64,000 nucleotides of DNA from Candidatus Poribacteria bacterium (GCA_965116925.1 OZ220744.1:3456001-3520000); one strand, 5' to 3'. Counted from the stretch's first letter, positions 29,108 to 39,633 are shown. Translations and numbers: made by a program. The notes: a model not told the origin generated them from the sequence alone.

Positions 29108-29328
29108 GTCCAGACACAATGATATGGGGCGTGATTGGCGTTCAAGTTGCGATTTCAATCACCACCCTCGGTGCGTTTTATAAACTAATCGGCATTTTAG
29201 AGGACGCGCGGAAGATGATTGGGTCCGTAGATCAACGATTGAGCGAAGATAGCAAGGAGCATGTCAAAATCATCGAGAAATTAGCGACGCTCGATGAAGA
29301 CGTGAGAGAACTCCGTCGTGAGCGATAA
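29104..29328 (+). CDS. Small membrane-anchored coiled-coil protein
   Basis: N-terminal TM helix plus coil; ATGA-coupled to the previous gene. Confidence 0.6.
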   Translation: MSPDTMIWGVIGVQVAISITTLGAFYKLIGILEDARKMIGSVDQRLSEDSKEHVKIIEKLATLDEDVRELRRER

Positions 29329-29527
29329 GATTCCACGATTCATGATTGATTCATCAATAATGTTCTGCTCGCCGGTGACGGTCTATACGGCGAAGCGGGA
29401 CGGCACTTTCGTTGCGCGGTGTTATTCAATCCCCGGCTTCGTCGTCGAGGGCGATACGTTTGAGGAGACGGTGGCGAGTGCGACGGAGGCGTATCTCACC
29501 TTCTGCCGGAAGGGGATCTGGAATTGA
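29318..29527 (+). CDS. HicB-like small protein
   Basis: DGTFVARCYSIPGFVVEGDTFEETV...EA pattern. Confidence 0.55.
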   Translation: MSDKIPRFMIDSSIMFCSPVTVYTAKRDGTFVARCYSIPGFVVEGDTFEETVASATEAYLTFCRKGIWN

Positions 29528-29550
29528 CTGCACAAGGCATGATGGGGTTC

Positions 29551-30002
29551 GGGGAGAGGTCAAGCCGATTTTGGCAGATGTGCACGAATTGGTAAGCTGT
29601 GTCGAGATATGAATCTCGACCTACAATCGACTTAGTGATAGGTCAAGGTTTTGGAGTGGTGATATGATGCGCGCTAAGGTGGGTAATGTGGTTCTGCTGT
29701 AGCTGGTCTATACGACCATCAAGACGCTTTATGTCCTCTCTTATCAGAGATATATCCTCCTTAGTGGCAAGTCCAAGAAGGAAAGTTGCCAGACAGATAA
29801 ATAACGTGATAACTACACAAACGGCTGTCACTATCTGTGCTATGGTCGATAACGATTGCGAGTTTGCTATGATAGATCCTCCTCCCAAGAGCAGCGTATC
29901 ACCATTATAGCAAGCTAGCAGGGGAGAAGTCAAACCGGTTTTAGCAGATGTGCACGAATTGGTAAGCTGTGTCGAGATATGAATCTCGACCTACAATCGA
30001 CT
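29551..30002. repeat. 82-bp direct repeats (29551-29632 and 29921-30002) flanking a small ORF
   Basis: GGGGAGA.GTCAA.CCG.TTT.GCAGATGTGCACGAATTGG...CTACAATCGACT occurs twice. Confidence 0.85.
29643..29870 (-). CDS. Small TM plus coiled-coil protein (apparent ATA start; may be a pseudogene)
   Basis: RBS GGAGGAGG then ATA-GCA-AAC; TM helix followed by ATKEDI..IREDIKRLDGRIDQL. Confidence 0.5.
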   Translation of the reverse strand: MANSQSLSTIAQIVTAVCVVITLFICLATFLLGLATKEDISLIREDIKRLDGRIDQLQQNHITHLSAHHITTPKP

Positions 30003-30129
30003 AAAGCAGCCGCGAATCTGGGTGAATTACCGTTTCGCCCCCGGTAGGTGCGGTTTCTAACCGCACCGCATCGGCGCAGTTGCAAACAGTGCCTACCAAA
30101 CGTGGGGAGCGAAAGTGTCTATTTATTTT

Positions 30130-30261
30130 GGTTCATGTAAAAAGAAAGTGCAAAATATGAACGAAATCGTAGGGGCGGGGTTTCCCCGCCCTCAGTAAGG
30201 GTTGGGTGACCCAACCCCTACGAAAACTCGGTTGCTGTTGCACGCTTTCTTAACATGAGCC
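30130..30261. mobile_element. MITE with GG(T/C)TCATG...CATGAGC(C/G) ends and 8-bp target duplication
   Basis: Flanked by TTTATTTT on both sides; contains a GTAGGGGCG REP-like palindrome. Confidence 0.75.
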
Positions 30262-30319
30262 TTTATTTTTATTATTCACCATAGTAAAGATTCGCGTCGA
30301 TTCGTGGAGGAACAAGCCA

Positions 30320-30586
30320 ATGAAATTTGATAGAAATCCAAGGAACCAATCCGCACGCATCGATCTCGTGAAGCAGGACCGGACACGGACGGTTGATAAA
30401 TTACCGGATCGACCCAGAGATGGGCAAACGGTAATTCTCCGACAAAAGGATAACAGCAAGCAGATATGCGCCTATTCGAGAGACGGGGAGTGGGTCTGTG
30501 TCTCGGCAGTAGACGAAGCACCTATCCCAGTACCTGCACCCAGTGAAACGATAACTTTTTCCTCAACATTAGGAGATCCACCGTAA
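30320..30586 (+). CDS. Hypothetical phage protein
   Basis: RBS GGAGG; abuts the fibre gene. Confidence 0.6.
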   Translation: MKFDRNPRNQSARIDLVKQDRTRTVDKLPDRPRDGQTVILRQKDNSKQICAYSRDGEWVCVSAVDEAPIPVPAPSETITFSSTLGDPP

Positions 30587-31609
30587 ATGGCGCGAACCTA
30601 TGTAAATTCCACAGATTATTCGGACCCCGACGCCGAATTTACATTCGAGACGGTGGACAATAACATCTACCTGAAAATCGGAGACCTGAACGACGATGAC
30701 GCAGCACTCATCGTATCCATAATTGCTGGAGGAATCGTCGGGTTTTTCCAAAACAGTGAGAGAATTGCGATTGCTAGGATAACCGCCGATTACGATGCAA
30801 CAAACGGGATCCGCGTGGAATCTACACCAGAGGACTTAACACTTAACGAGGAATATGTCATCAAGTTCACGCAAGCGCGCCCCGGCAGATTCGGCGAGCA
30901 AGGGAGACAGGGTGAACCAGGTCCGCAGGGACCGCAGGGTGAACGTGGAGAGCAGGGACCCCAAGGTGACCGTGGAGAACAGGGACCACAAGGACCACAG
31001 GGGCCCCAAGGCGAACCGGGAAATCCAGGCAACATTACTATTAATACACGCGGCGTACTCATTGCCACGTCGAGTTTTCTACCTCAACTTTCGGGAAATT
31101 CTGATAGGCTTCTCAATAATGTTATTAAGTGGACGCTTAATACCGATTCTGGCTACGCAGTTTATGGAAACCCAGTAGACCATTCACCTGCTGCACAGGG
31201 AGGGTTTATTAATAAGTTTACTCGCGGATATGTTGGCAGATCAGATAACTTAGGGGTTCTGAATGTGCCTTACAAAAAACCTGCGAATAATGTGAATGGG
31301 TTATGGCTCATTTGTGAGGATTTAACAGATCCTGCGGTTGAAGTATGGGAAGTTTTTATTCCGTGGGGAGGGGGTAGCCTTGAAGACGACCAAAACCCCA
31401 ATTTTTTTGATTCAAGGTATATATTGCATTGGGGGAGAGAAGGCAATTCTGCGACTACAGATGGAGATGATGTAACTGTCTATTTTAGCAAGCGTCGAGG
31501 TTATAACTACAAGGCAGAGATAAATATCAAAACTTATCGCATCGAAAGAATGCCAAGTAACCAATGTAGAGTGAAAGTTTACTTGGCTGGCATATTTATC
31601 ACAACTTAA
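30587..31609 (+). CDS. Collagen-repeat tail fibre-like protein
   Basis: Continuous G-X-Y run ([15 protein letters not shown]...GNPGN) followed by a beta-rich head domain. Confidence 0.75.
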   Translation: MARTYVNSTDYSDPDAEFTFETVDNNIYLKIGDLNDDDAALIVSIIAGGIVGFFQNSERIAIARITADYDATNGIRVESTPEDLTLNEEYVIKFTQARPGRFGEQGRQGEPGPQGPQGERGEQGPQGDRGEQGPQGPQGPQGEPGNPGNITINTRGVLIATSSFLPQLSGNSDRLLNNVIKWTLNTDSGYAVYGNPVDHSPAAQGGFINKFTRGYVGRSDNLGVLNVPYKKPANNVNGLWLICEDLTDPAVEVWEVFIPWGGGSLEDDQNPNFFDSRYILHWGREGNSATTDGDDVTVYFSKRRGYNYKAEINIKTYRIERMPSNQCRVKVYLAGIFITT

Positions 31610-31695
31610 AAACGTCGTCAAGGTAGTAGGCATACTCCGTATGCCGTAATCCTTATGAACGGCACGAGGGATCGTGCCTATTACTATAAGAGTTG

Positions 31696-32169
31696 ATGAA
31701 AGGGGACAAAATCGTGGCAAAACGGCTTTACCGCAGGGATGTTCGCAGAATTGTCAAACGGCATGTGCGCGATGTGTCGAGGGCAGAAGTCGTAGAAGCG
31801 TATAGAAACTCACGGCTGAAGAATCTGCATGGCGAATTCCTTGATAGACGTTATCGGGCATTGCCGATGCGTGTCTGGGAATTAGTTTTAGAGTATTCGC
31901 AGGTAGACAAGAAACAGTATCGGAGTGACCATTGGGATTGTGATAATTTTGCACTTGCACTTTGCGGTCAAATACCTATGTGGTTTGATGTGAATGGGGT
32001 GGGGCTCGTGGTAGATTATAGCGGAAAACATGCTTATAACTCGCTTTTGGTATATGACAATAATAAATTGTCAATTGTTGGCGTAGAACCCCAAAACGAT
32101 AGGTGGGGCGTTGCGAAAACTGGGGCACCCATGTACAGTGCTCAAAACGGCTATACAATTTTCGGATAA
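31696..32169 (+). CDS. Agglutinin C-terminal/papain-like Cys-His domain protein
   Basis: WDCDNFA...GKHAYN motif. Confidence 0.6.
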   Translation: MKGDKIVAKRLYRRDVRRIVKRHVRDVSRAEVVEAYRNSRLKNLHGEFLDRRYRALPMRVWELVLEYSQVDKKQYRSDHWDCDNFALALCGQIPMWFDVNGVGLVVDYSGKHAYNSLLVYDNNKLSIVGVEPQNDRWGVAKTGAPMYSAQNGYTIFG

Positions 32170-32179
32170 CTTTTTAACT

Positions 32180-33022
32180 ATGATTGCGATAATTCCGTGC
32201 GCGGGGCGAGGGACCCGCCGTCGCCCTGATACAGAACATACTCCCAAAATTCTGCTTGAGCATGAGGGTCAACCCTTGATTGAGCATATTGTTCGCCCGA
32301 TTGATGAATCCGGGCGGTTTGATAAAATTGTGTTCGTCCTCAGCTTAAAGCACGGTCAGAAGGTTATCGATCATGTCCACCGTTCCCTTTTGGATACGCC
32401 GGTCAAGTTTGTTTGGCAGGACGCGCCGTTGGGGTTCGGCCATGCAGTCCTGCAAGCGCGCGAGGAGGTGTTGACGTGGAGGCGTGGAGGCGTGGAGGCG
32501 CGGAAGCGAGTTTTTCCCCCGCTCCCCCGTTCCCTCACACACTCGCTTCCTCTCTTTTCCCCACCTGTGTTGATCCATACGGACGATGCGGTCAACCGTC
32601 ACTGCGTGGAAGGCATGAGTCTGATAAGCGCGATAACGTCCAAAAAGGAATCCCAAATCGGGGTTCAGTGGCGGGGGAATGTGAAAAACTACGGCATGGC
32701 AATCGTCAGTTATCCCAATGGGCATCTGCCAAGGACGAACTCGCCGACGCCGGGACGGGTGGAGCGGTTGGTAGAGAAACCGTATTGGGATGAGGGCGGA
32801 TTGGCGATGACGGGGATTTACTATATCCGTGAGTCGCGGCGGCTGTTCCGGTGCTTGAACAGGTTGGTCAATTCGGGGCGGTGCTTGGGCGGGGAGTACC
32901 AGTTCACGCACGCGCTCCAGATGATGGTCGATCAAGGCACGCCGTTTCAGACTTACTATCATGAGTGGGTGGATTGTGGGCAGGCGGGAAAACGGGAAAA
33001 CGGGAGAACGGGAAGAACTTGA
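32180..33022 (+). CDS. Sugar-phosphate nucleotidyltransferase (RmlA/GalU-like)
   Basis: AIIPCAGRGTR..P.T..PK; QDAPLGFGHAV; LVEKP; GEYQFT; WVDCG. Contains a repeat-derived insert. Confidence 0.85.
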   Translation: MIAIIPCAGRGTRRRPDTEHTPKILLEHEGQPLIEHIVRPIDESGRFDKIVFVLSLKHGQKVIDHVHRSLLDTPVKFVWQDAPLGFGHAVLQAREEVLTWRRGGVEARKRVFPPLPRSLTHSLPLFSPPVLIHTDDAVNRHCVEGMSLISAITSKKESQIGVQWRGNVKNYGMAIVSYPNGHLPRTNSPTPGRVERLVEKPYWDEGGLAMTGIYYIRESRRLFRCLNRLVNSGRCLGGEYQFTHALQMMVDQGTPFQTYYHEWVDCGQAGKRENGRTGRT

Positions 33023-33076
33023 CCGCAGAGACGCAGAGCGCACAGAGGGAAATAAGAGGACGGGAAAATCGGTATC

Positions 33077-33418
33077 TCATAGGGCATAGGGGCTTGGTTC
33101 TAATCCTGTGACTATCTTTTGAAACCAGAGATGACTGTTTCCAACAGATGCCTCCTCATCGACAGGAGAGCTTGATTTTAACCGAGGGGTCACCGTTTGA
33201 ATACTAGGTCCCTCCCCATCGGAAACTTGAATGCTTTCAGGCAGTGGACGTCCGAAATCCTCATACAACTCAAGTGTCGCAGCGAAGGCATCCTCAACAT
33301 TGTGTAATGCTTCGTCTACCGAATCGCCTTCGGTGACTAAACCGGGCAGTTCTTCGCATGTTACGGTGTAACCGCCTTCTGGTTGTGGGGTTAAAATTAC
33401 CGTTATCCTGAATTTCAT
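33077..33418 (-). CDS. hicB: HicB-family antitoxin (no HicA seen)
   Basis: EGGYTVTCEELPGLVTEGDSVDEAL.N..DA...G.PLP. Confidence 0.75.
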   Translation of the reverse strand: MKFRITVILTPQPEGGYTVTCEELPGLVTEGDSVDEALHNVEDAFAATLELYEDFGRPLPESIQVSDGEGPSIQTVTPRLKSSSPVDEEASVGNSHLWFQKIVTGLEPSPYAL

Positions 33419-33646
33419 AACAATTTCTCCTTGTGCGTGAAAGGTACAAACACCCCTTTTTGAAGGGTAATTTGACAGTATTATATCAGAAAAGTTTTCC
33501 TAGGGCAAACAAATGTATCTCCTGACCAAATCACAACCTCTAAGCATGGGCGAGCGGTTTTCGAGGAGGTATGATAGCGTGAAATGTGAAAAGATTCGCG
33601 ATGATTCGCGGGGATTGGTGGACACAAAAGACCGCCACAAATTAAC

Positions 33647-34363
33647 ATGAAAGGAAATAAATTGAAAAAAATTGGCGTGATTGGAGCAGGGTTGGTTGGC
33701 TCTATTTTCAAGGAGTTGGACGGGTTTCAAGTGGTGCATCGTAACGAGTGGAAAGATGCGATTTGGGACTGGAAGGGTGTGGTGAACTGCGCGGCTATCA
33801 CCGGCTTAGATAAGTGTGAGGAGACAGATTTCGCACAGGTTCTGCGCGCAAATGTGAAGATGCCGATCGACATTGCGGACTATGCCGCAAACCTCCAGAT
33901 CCCGTTTATTCAGTTTTCGACTAGCGCGGTATATCGACTGCCTACTAAGTTTAAGCTGGTGGAAGAAGATGCTCCGCTCTATCCGTACAATACATATTCG
34001 GGTAGTAAGATCCTGATGGAAAGAGTGCTTCCCAAATCGTGTTTTATTTTCCGTATCCCTGTGGTATCGACTGGGTCGGGTGCAGACAACGACTATGCAC
34101 AGAAGGTGAAGCGGTGGACCTATGTCGAGGATGTACACAAAAGCATCGTCTACAAGGATACGCTTATTGAAGCGGTTCGCAGGGCGTTGGGAGCGTACTA
34201 TAAAGCAGGGGTATACAACATCGGGTCGGAGGTTATACATCTGCCTACCTATGTCAAAGAAGAGTTGGGGTGGGAGGGTGAAATCGTTCCGGCGAACTCG
34301 TTGGGCCGGTCCCCAGCGATTGCGTTGGACACATCGAAAGCGAAGGTGCAGGGACTGATATGA
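33647..34363 (+). CDS. NAD-dependent sugar epimerase/reductase (RmlD-like)
   Basis: GAGLVG, VNCAA.T..D.CE, FST..VY and YSGSK motifs. Confidence 0.8.
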   Translation: MKGNKLKKIGVIGAGLVGSIFKELDGFQVVHRNEWKDAIWDWKGVVNCAAITGLDKCEETDFAQVLRANVKMPIDIADYAANLQIPFIQFSTSAVYRLPTKFKLVEEDAPLYPYNTYSGSKILMERVLPKSCFIFRIPVVSTGSGADNDYAQKVKRWTYVEDVHKSIVYKDTLIEAVRRALGAYYKAGVYNIGSEVIHLPTYVKEELGWEGEIVPANSLGRSPAIALDTSKAKVQGLI

Positions 34364-35145
34364 ACGAAATGACTAATCCTTTTTTTATTGCGACCTGCCA
34401 GCGGTCAGGTGGGTTTTTCTTGATGAGTCTTCTCAACTCGACAAAGAAGGTAGGTTATGTACATGAATACTTGTACCACCTTAATGAAGGTTGGGAAGAG
34501 GATAGCCCTACGGATAAAGATATACTATCTGCGTTTGAGCAATTCCATGAAAGCACGAGTGAGATAGCAAGTCCAACGGGGCATTGGGGTACAAAGGTCG
34601 ATATAAGAGAATTTTGGGCTGTGGAGCGTTGGCTTGATTTGAATCAGACAGATCCGCAGTCTGTGAAATGGATTTGGCTTCGCCGACGAAACAAGATTCG
34701 GCAAGCCATTTCTTTAATCAAAGCGCAGGAAACTAAGATATGGCATCTCGATAAAGATGATCCAAAGGATAAGCAGGACTTGGCTCGTGCTGAGAGAGAA
34801 GTTAATTTTGAGAAATTGTGTGTATCAACTATTCGCTTTTTTCTAGGAGATTGTGCATGGTCAAATTTCTTTCAGTTATATGGAGTTGAGCCGCATATCC
34901 TTTATTATGAGGACTTTGTTGATGAATCGATGTGGGAACCGACAGTCGCAGATATTTTCGATTTTATTGAGGTCCCCTATGAATTGCCGTTGAAGGTTTC
35001 AACACACCGCTTAAAGCAGGGTGGAGGCAATGCGCCTGAGAGTTATAAGCACATGGTCAGGGAGATGGAAATGTATGGCATCCCTCTAAAGTATTTAGAT
35101 TTAGATTTAGATAAATATTACGAACTTGACTTGGAGACTTTTTAA
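34360..35145 (+). CDS. Stf0-family sulfotransferase
   Basis: TCQRSGG..L..LL.ST; WLRRRNKIRQAIS..KA..T..WH; LYYEDF. Confidence 0.75.
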   Translation: MNEMTNPFFIATCQRSGGFFLMSLLNSTKKVGYVHEYLYHLNEGWEEDSPTDKDILSAFEQFHESTSEIASPTGHWGTKVDIREFWAVERWLDLNQTDPQSVKWIWLRRRNKIRQAISLIKAQETKIWHLDKDDPKDKQDLARAEREVNFEKLCVSTIRFFLGDCAWSNFFQLYGVEPHILYYEDFVDESMWEPTVADIFDFIEVPYELPLKVSTHRLKQGGGNAPESYKHMVREMEMYGIPLKYLDLDLDKYYELDLETF

Positions 35146-36191
35146 TGAGACATCAAGACAAAATAGTTTGTATAGATTCTGAAAAAGCACATCTGTGCCG
35201 ACTGCCAATCTTTGAGATGGATGAGATTCCACCAAGGGTTGAGAATCCAAGCAAAAAAGGGTTGGTAATTATCCCGCTTTTCGGACATATAACGGGTGCG
35301 ACCGACTACGTTGAGTTTTGTGGCTTAATTTCAGCGTTATGGGCGAGGCGGAGTTGGCTGTTAAACTCAGATGCAATGGACTACGGGGTTGAAGTCAAGC
35401 TCTATATGGAGAACCATTTTCGTGAAAATGCGGAAATTATGTCAATCCTCGATACGAGCGGTGTAACAGATGCAGATATCCTATGGTTTGATGGCAGTTC
35501 CGTTGAGGGAGCGGTGCCCGTATCGGATAAAGCAGGAACATACCTTGCGCGAAGTGCTAAAGTATGTACTGTGTATACCAATCGCGAGTTAGAAGATTAT
35601 GATTGGATTTTTATGGCAGATAGTGATCTATTTGTTATCAAAAGCGGTGAAAATCGTCTTCCATTCTTCTCCGATTTCTTCAAGCAAAAGCTACCATATA
35701 ACCTTATGTCATTTTATGTTAATGACAAACCGCCAGCCCCACCGTATCAGACTGAACAGGTTTTACCTCGTGTTCAGCTTTCTAGTGTTGAGGAATGGAA
35801 GTCGGATTTTGAGGCGTTGCTTGGATCGGATATGCTTGACAGATACTGCAATCCGGACCGTTGGTTTATGATACCCCATAGTTCGCTTCATGCGTTTCCA
35901 GCCAAGCACTTCATGCGGGAACGGTAGGACGATTGTGAGTTTTTGATAAAAATTGCTCGGATAATGATTAGCGATGAACAGACACTCAGCGTCTGGCATT
36001 CGCTCGGTCATGAAATAGGTGATTTGAGTAGGACACTTGATAACTGTCCGATGCACATGGTTGTAGAGCCGAATGTGGGATATACAGTTGATGAGGTTCA
36101 CAGATTATTCGATGCAGGTATTCCACATATTGTTCATTTTGGAGCACTCACGCTTGAGTTAATCTGGCGGAAAGGAATTGGTGCACTATGA
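35145..36191 (+). pseudogene. Putative DxD glycosyltransferase-like gene split by an in-frame TAG (35925-35927)
   Basis: ORFs 35145-35927 and 35943-36191 are in frame and together align with the 36993 paralog (FPAK.F.R...DC.F...LS.WHSLG); YDWIFMADSD. Confidence 0.7.
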
Positions 36192-37012
36192 AAATACTAT
36201 TGACAGGTGATAAAGGATTTGTAGGTAGCCATATTCGTGAGGCATTGACTTTAGAGGAGCATCAAGTTGTAGGGCTTGAAGCATCGCAAGCATTCCATCA
36301 GTGGTGTGATGATTTGCCTCGTATGATACCTGCGGACATAGATGCGGTTGTCCACGTCGGTGCTATAGCAAATAATCAATGTGAAGACCCGAACATATTT
36401 CTCTGGAACTCGTATGCGACACTGCTGTTAGCGCAACACTGCCGGGATCTGCATGGACCTGATTTCCCCTTCATTTTCTTTTCGACTTTCCAGGTGGATG
36501 TCATTCGGATACAACCTGAAAATGCGAGTTGGTACGGCTGGTCAAAGAAATACGCTGAAGACGGTCTGAAAGAAGTTCTGCCCGGCGCAACGATTTTCCG
36601 CCCAAATGTGATGTGGGGCGATGAACGTAATAAAGGGAGTCTTAAAGAGGGATCTGTGCCTTTCCGTCTTGCCAGTCGCAAATTGAAATTTCTCTACACA
36701 CATTGGGGACGATACTATGTGCATATTAGCGATGTGATTGAAGCGGTCAAGATTGCCCTCGGTGAGAAGCTGCGCGGTTGTTTTAGTCTGCTTGGCGAAT
36801 ATTGGTGGAATAAGGATTTGGCAGCACTTACCGACTGGAGGGGCTACGAGTTAATTGACAACAGAAACAGATCCGACAAAATGAAATTCAATTCAATCAT
36901 TTTACCCAATAAGTTACATGAGTTTGTATTGCCACCGAACTGGTCAAGCCAAACATCTTTACCGCAAGAATTCAAAAAATTGGAGTCTCAATATGCAAAT
37001 TATACCGGATAA
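36188..37012 (+). CDS. NAD-dependent epimerase/dehydratase
   Basis: ILLTGDKGFVGS, VVHVGA, YGWSK and RPNVMWG motifs. Confidence 0.8.
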   Translation: MKILLTGDKGFVGSHIREALTLEEHQVVGLEASQAFHQWCDDLPRMIPADIDAVVHVGAIANNQCEDPNIFLWNSYATLLLAQHCRDLHGPDFPFIFFSTFQVDVIRIQPENASWYGWSKKYAEDGLKEVLPGATIFRPNVMWGDERNKGSLKEGSVPFRLASRKLKFLYTHWGRYYVHISDVIEAVKIALGEKLRGCFSLLGEYWWNKDLAALTDWRGYELIDNRNRSDKMKFNSIILPNKLHEFVLPPNWSSQTSLPQEFKKLESQYANYTG

Positions 37013-38006
37013 GATTCACCTCGCGCAGCTGCCAGACATGGAAGCATCCCAAATTCCGCCGCGTTTGGAAGATTCCTCAACTCGCGGATTGGTGTTGCTT
37101 CCAATTTTTCTTGGCTATCCTAACTTCTTGCCTGACCGAAACTACGTTGCACACCATATTGTCAAATCAGCAATATGGGCTCACCGTTCATGGCTTGTGA
37201 ACTCGGACGCTATGGATTACGGTATTGCGGTTAAACTCTATATTGAAGAATCTGTCAGGGAAAGTGCTATGCCAATTCTTGAGCAGAATTTCATAGATGA
37301 AGCAGATGTCATCTGGTTCGATGGTAGCCAACTCGAAGGCACCCTCGGCAGCGGGATGACGCACGGGATTAAGAAGTGTTCGAGTTACAACGACGATCGG
37401 TTTCAGGATTACGATTGGATTTTTGATGTGGATTCGGATGTGTTTGTCCTTTCGCCGGACGGAGAAAAATATCCGTTTTTCCAGAGGTTTTTCAATAACT
37501 GTCCAGAGAATACTGTCGCAGCCTGTTATGTAAGATCCCCTCTCTCTCAGCCAGAATGTTTAACGCCCATAGATATGGGATGGTGTCTGTTTGAGGAAGA
37601 CACTACAGAAGATTGGCAGCGTCGATTCGAGTCTATTGCAGGCAGAGAGATGCTTGAAAGGTATTTCGATCCGAACACATGGATCATGACTTGTAACGGA
37701 AGCATCATCGGATTTCCTGCTAAAGAGTTTATACGGAACAGGCGATCCGATTGTGACTTCTTTGTTAACACAACTCGCGATCTACTTGATTTGGAAGCCA
37801 CGCTCAGTCTGTGGCATTCGCTTGGTAATCCTATCTTTAATATAACAAATTTCGTGCAGTTGATCATGTACCATGCCCAAGCCGGACAGAATGACAGGGA
37901 TCTGTTTATGCAATGCTATGACGAAGGACCTTTCCTGTTTCATTATTCGTTCACTGGTGAAGGTATCAATCATTTATGGAAAAGAGGAGTCGGATGTACA
38001 AGTTAA
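36993..38006 (+). CDS. Putative DxD glycosyltransferase-like protein (paralog 2)
   Basis: YDWIFDVDSDVF; shares RSWL.NSDA.DYG.....Y.E with its neighbours. Confidence 0.6.
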   Translation: MQIIPDKIHLAQLPDMEASQIPPRLEDSSTRGLVLLPIFLGYPNFLPDRNYVAHHIVKSAIWAHRSWLVNSDAMDYGIAVKLYIEESVRESAMPILEQNFIDEADVIWFDGSQLEGTLGSGMTHGIKKCSSYNDDRFQDYDWIFDVDSDVFVLSPDGEKYPFFQRFFNNCPENTVAACYVRSPLSQPECLTPIDMGWCLFEEDTTEDWQRRFESIAGREMLERYFDPNTWIMTCNGSIIGFPAKEFIRNRRSDCDFFVNTTRDLLDLEATLSLWHSLGNPIFNITNFVQLIMYHAQAGQNDRDLFMQCYDEGPFLFHYSFTGEGINHLWKRGVGCTS

Positions 38007-38620
38007 TTACTTTTGACGGACCATCGGCATCAGGAAAATTTACGAATAGTGTTAAATTGTGCGATTATCTTGGCATTGAGCGAGTGAATGATAGCCTCTT
38101 TACTGTAATGAGGCACATGCTAGACCTAGGGATTTACAGCGATTCGCTCTTGCGTCCAATGATTTGGCTCAATATGGTTAGATTATCATATGCGTTTGAT
38201 TGGAAAAAGAGAGAAGTTTTTACGCTGGGCGGATTTTGGCAATATATCATCAACTTTTTTGCATGGGGCGATATATCAGATGATGACAGAGATGTGCTGA
38301 TGGATGCCTTTGACACTATCATACTAACAAACGCAGAGGACATATATCCGATTTGCTCGTTTTATCTGGATGTAAGTACTTACGAAACTAAAACCCGCTT
38401 TATCAAACGTGAAGCGCGATTGGGCAAACTGCAAGGATTAGAGGATATTCAGATAAAAGGACTAAAGGAGTCACCCCAAAACAGGAAACAAGATGAAAGC
38501 TTTAGAGAAATTGCGAACTGGTTGTCAGGTCGCTATCCATTTTTCCATGTAATTGATGCATCCCAATCGGAAGATGAGGTCTTTGATGAAATTGTTCGTT
38601 TGACGGAGGCAGCGTTATGA
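37994..38620 (+). CDS. P-loop kinase, thymidylate-kinase-like
   Basis: LITFDGPSASGK.T; YLDV; HVIDASQS.DEV. Confidence 0.7.
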   Translation: MYKLITFDGPSASGKFTNSVKLCDYLGIERVNDSLFTVMRHMLDLGIYSDSLLRPMIWLNMVRLSYAFDWKKREVFTLGGFWQYIINFFAWGDISDDDRDVLMDAFDTIILTNAEDIYPICSFYLDVSTYETKTRFIKREARLGKLQGLEDIQIKGLKESPQNRKQDESFREIANWLSGRYPFFHVIDASQSEDEVFDEIVRLTEAAL

Positions 38621-39633
38621 GAGATTCAGGACGGACATACTACAGCGCGAGCGCGAAATCGCATCTTGTGAGGCTTCCAACGCTAACGGTTGAATCGCCG
38701 CGTGTTGAGAATCCATCGAAACGCTTGCTTATGCTCATCCCGCTGACCCGCACTACGAAGAGTTTTCCTTATGTGAAGGAGGCGGGGCTGATTGGTGGGA
38801 TATGGGCGAGACACAGTTGGTTGACCCACACGGATGCGGTCGACCACGGCATTGAGATTAAGTTTTACATTGAAGATGTCCTTAAAGACGATGTAACGCC
38901 CATTTTGGAAGCCAACCGTATAAATGAGAATGATGTGATGTTTTTTGACGGGTCATCATTGGAAAACGACAACATACCCCGCTTGGTTGGCAAGAAATTA
39001 GCATCATTTATCGACCCTCGTTTTCAGGAGTACGACTGGATTTTTGTCATGGATTGCGATATTTTCGCGCTATCTCCAGACGAAAGGCAAATCCCGTTCT
39101 TTAAAAGATTTTTTGAGGGGTGTATTGAAGGCGTTATCGGCAATCTCTATGCGATGGTGCGGGGTATAGGAATCCCTCCCAACTGGGTATCTCGCTTTGG
39201 CAATTTAGATGAGGTGCCGTACGATGAAGCACAAGCTTTGTGGCAGCAGATGGCAGAAACAGTGGTGAGTCCAGAGGTTGTCAACAGGTTTTGGGATAAG
39301 GAGGTTGATTCGATTATTGCCGGTGGGGCGATGCATGCATATCCTGCCAAGTCTATGATGCAAGACAACGAATTGCTGAAATGGTTTCACCGTGCTGCAC
39401 AGATGATGCAGGATGATGAGGCAGTAATCGCGCTTTATCACGCCATGGGCAATCCTGTATGGGATCTAAGAGAGCGTGTGAAGTTTAATGAGGTAATGGT
39501 AGGTCCCACAATTATTGGTTCGGACTACGAAGAGTTTAAGACATTTATAAATGCGGACAAACCTTTTATCTTTCACTATTCGATGAATCCTGTTGAGTTT
39601 TTTTGGCGGTCATGGATTGGAGCTTTAGAATGA
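38617..39633 (+). CDS. Putative DxD glycosyltransferase-like protein (paralog 3)
   Basis: YDWIFVMDCDIF; DDEAVIALY; FHYS. Confidence 0.6.
   Translation: MRDSGRTYYSASAKSHLVRLPTLTVESPRVENPSKRLLMLIPLTRTTKSFPYVKEAGLIGGIWARHSWLTHTDAVDHGIEIKFYIEDVLKDDVTPILEANRINENDVMFFDGSSLENDNIPRLVGKKLASFIDPRFQEYDWIFVMDCDIFALSPDERQIPFFKRFFEGCIEGVIGNLYAMVRGIGIPPNWVSRFGNLDEVPYDEAQALWQQMAETVVSPEVVNRFWDKEVDSIIAGGAMHAYPAKSMMQDNELLKWFHRAAQMMQDDEAVIALYHAMGNPVWDLRERVKFNEVMVGPTIIGSDYEEFKTFINADKPFIFHYSMNPVEFFWRSWIGALE

Noticed and set aside
33077..33418. Complete HicAB toxin-antitoxin module
   Set aside because: No HicA ORF next to either HicB-like gene.
6624..35927. TAG recoding (genetic code 15), suggested by in-frame TAGs at 6624, 26838 and 35925
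   Set aside because: Many genes end at TAG at positions where paralogs end in TAA or where the protein is evidently complete (for example L2 versus L4, capsid, SUMF1). The 6624 copy is also disrupted by a repeat, so ordinary nonsense mutations suffice.
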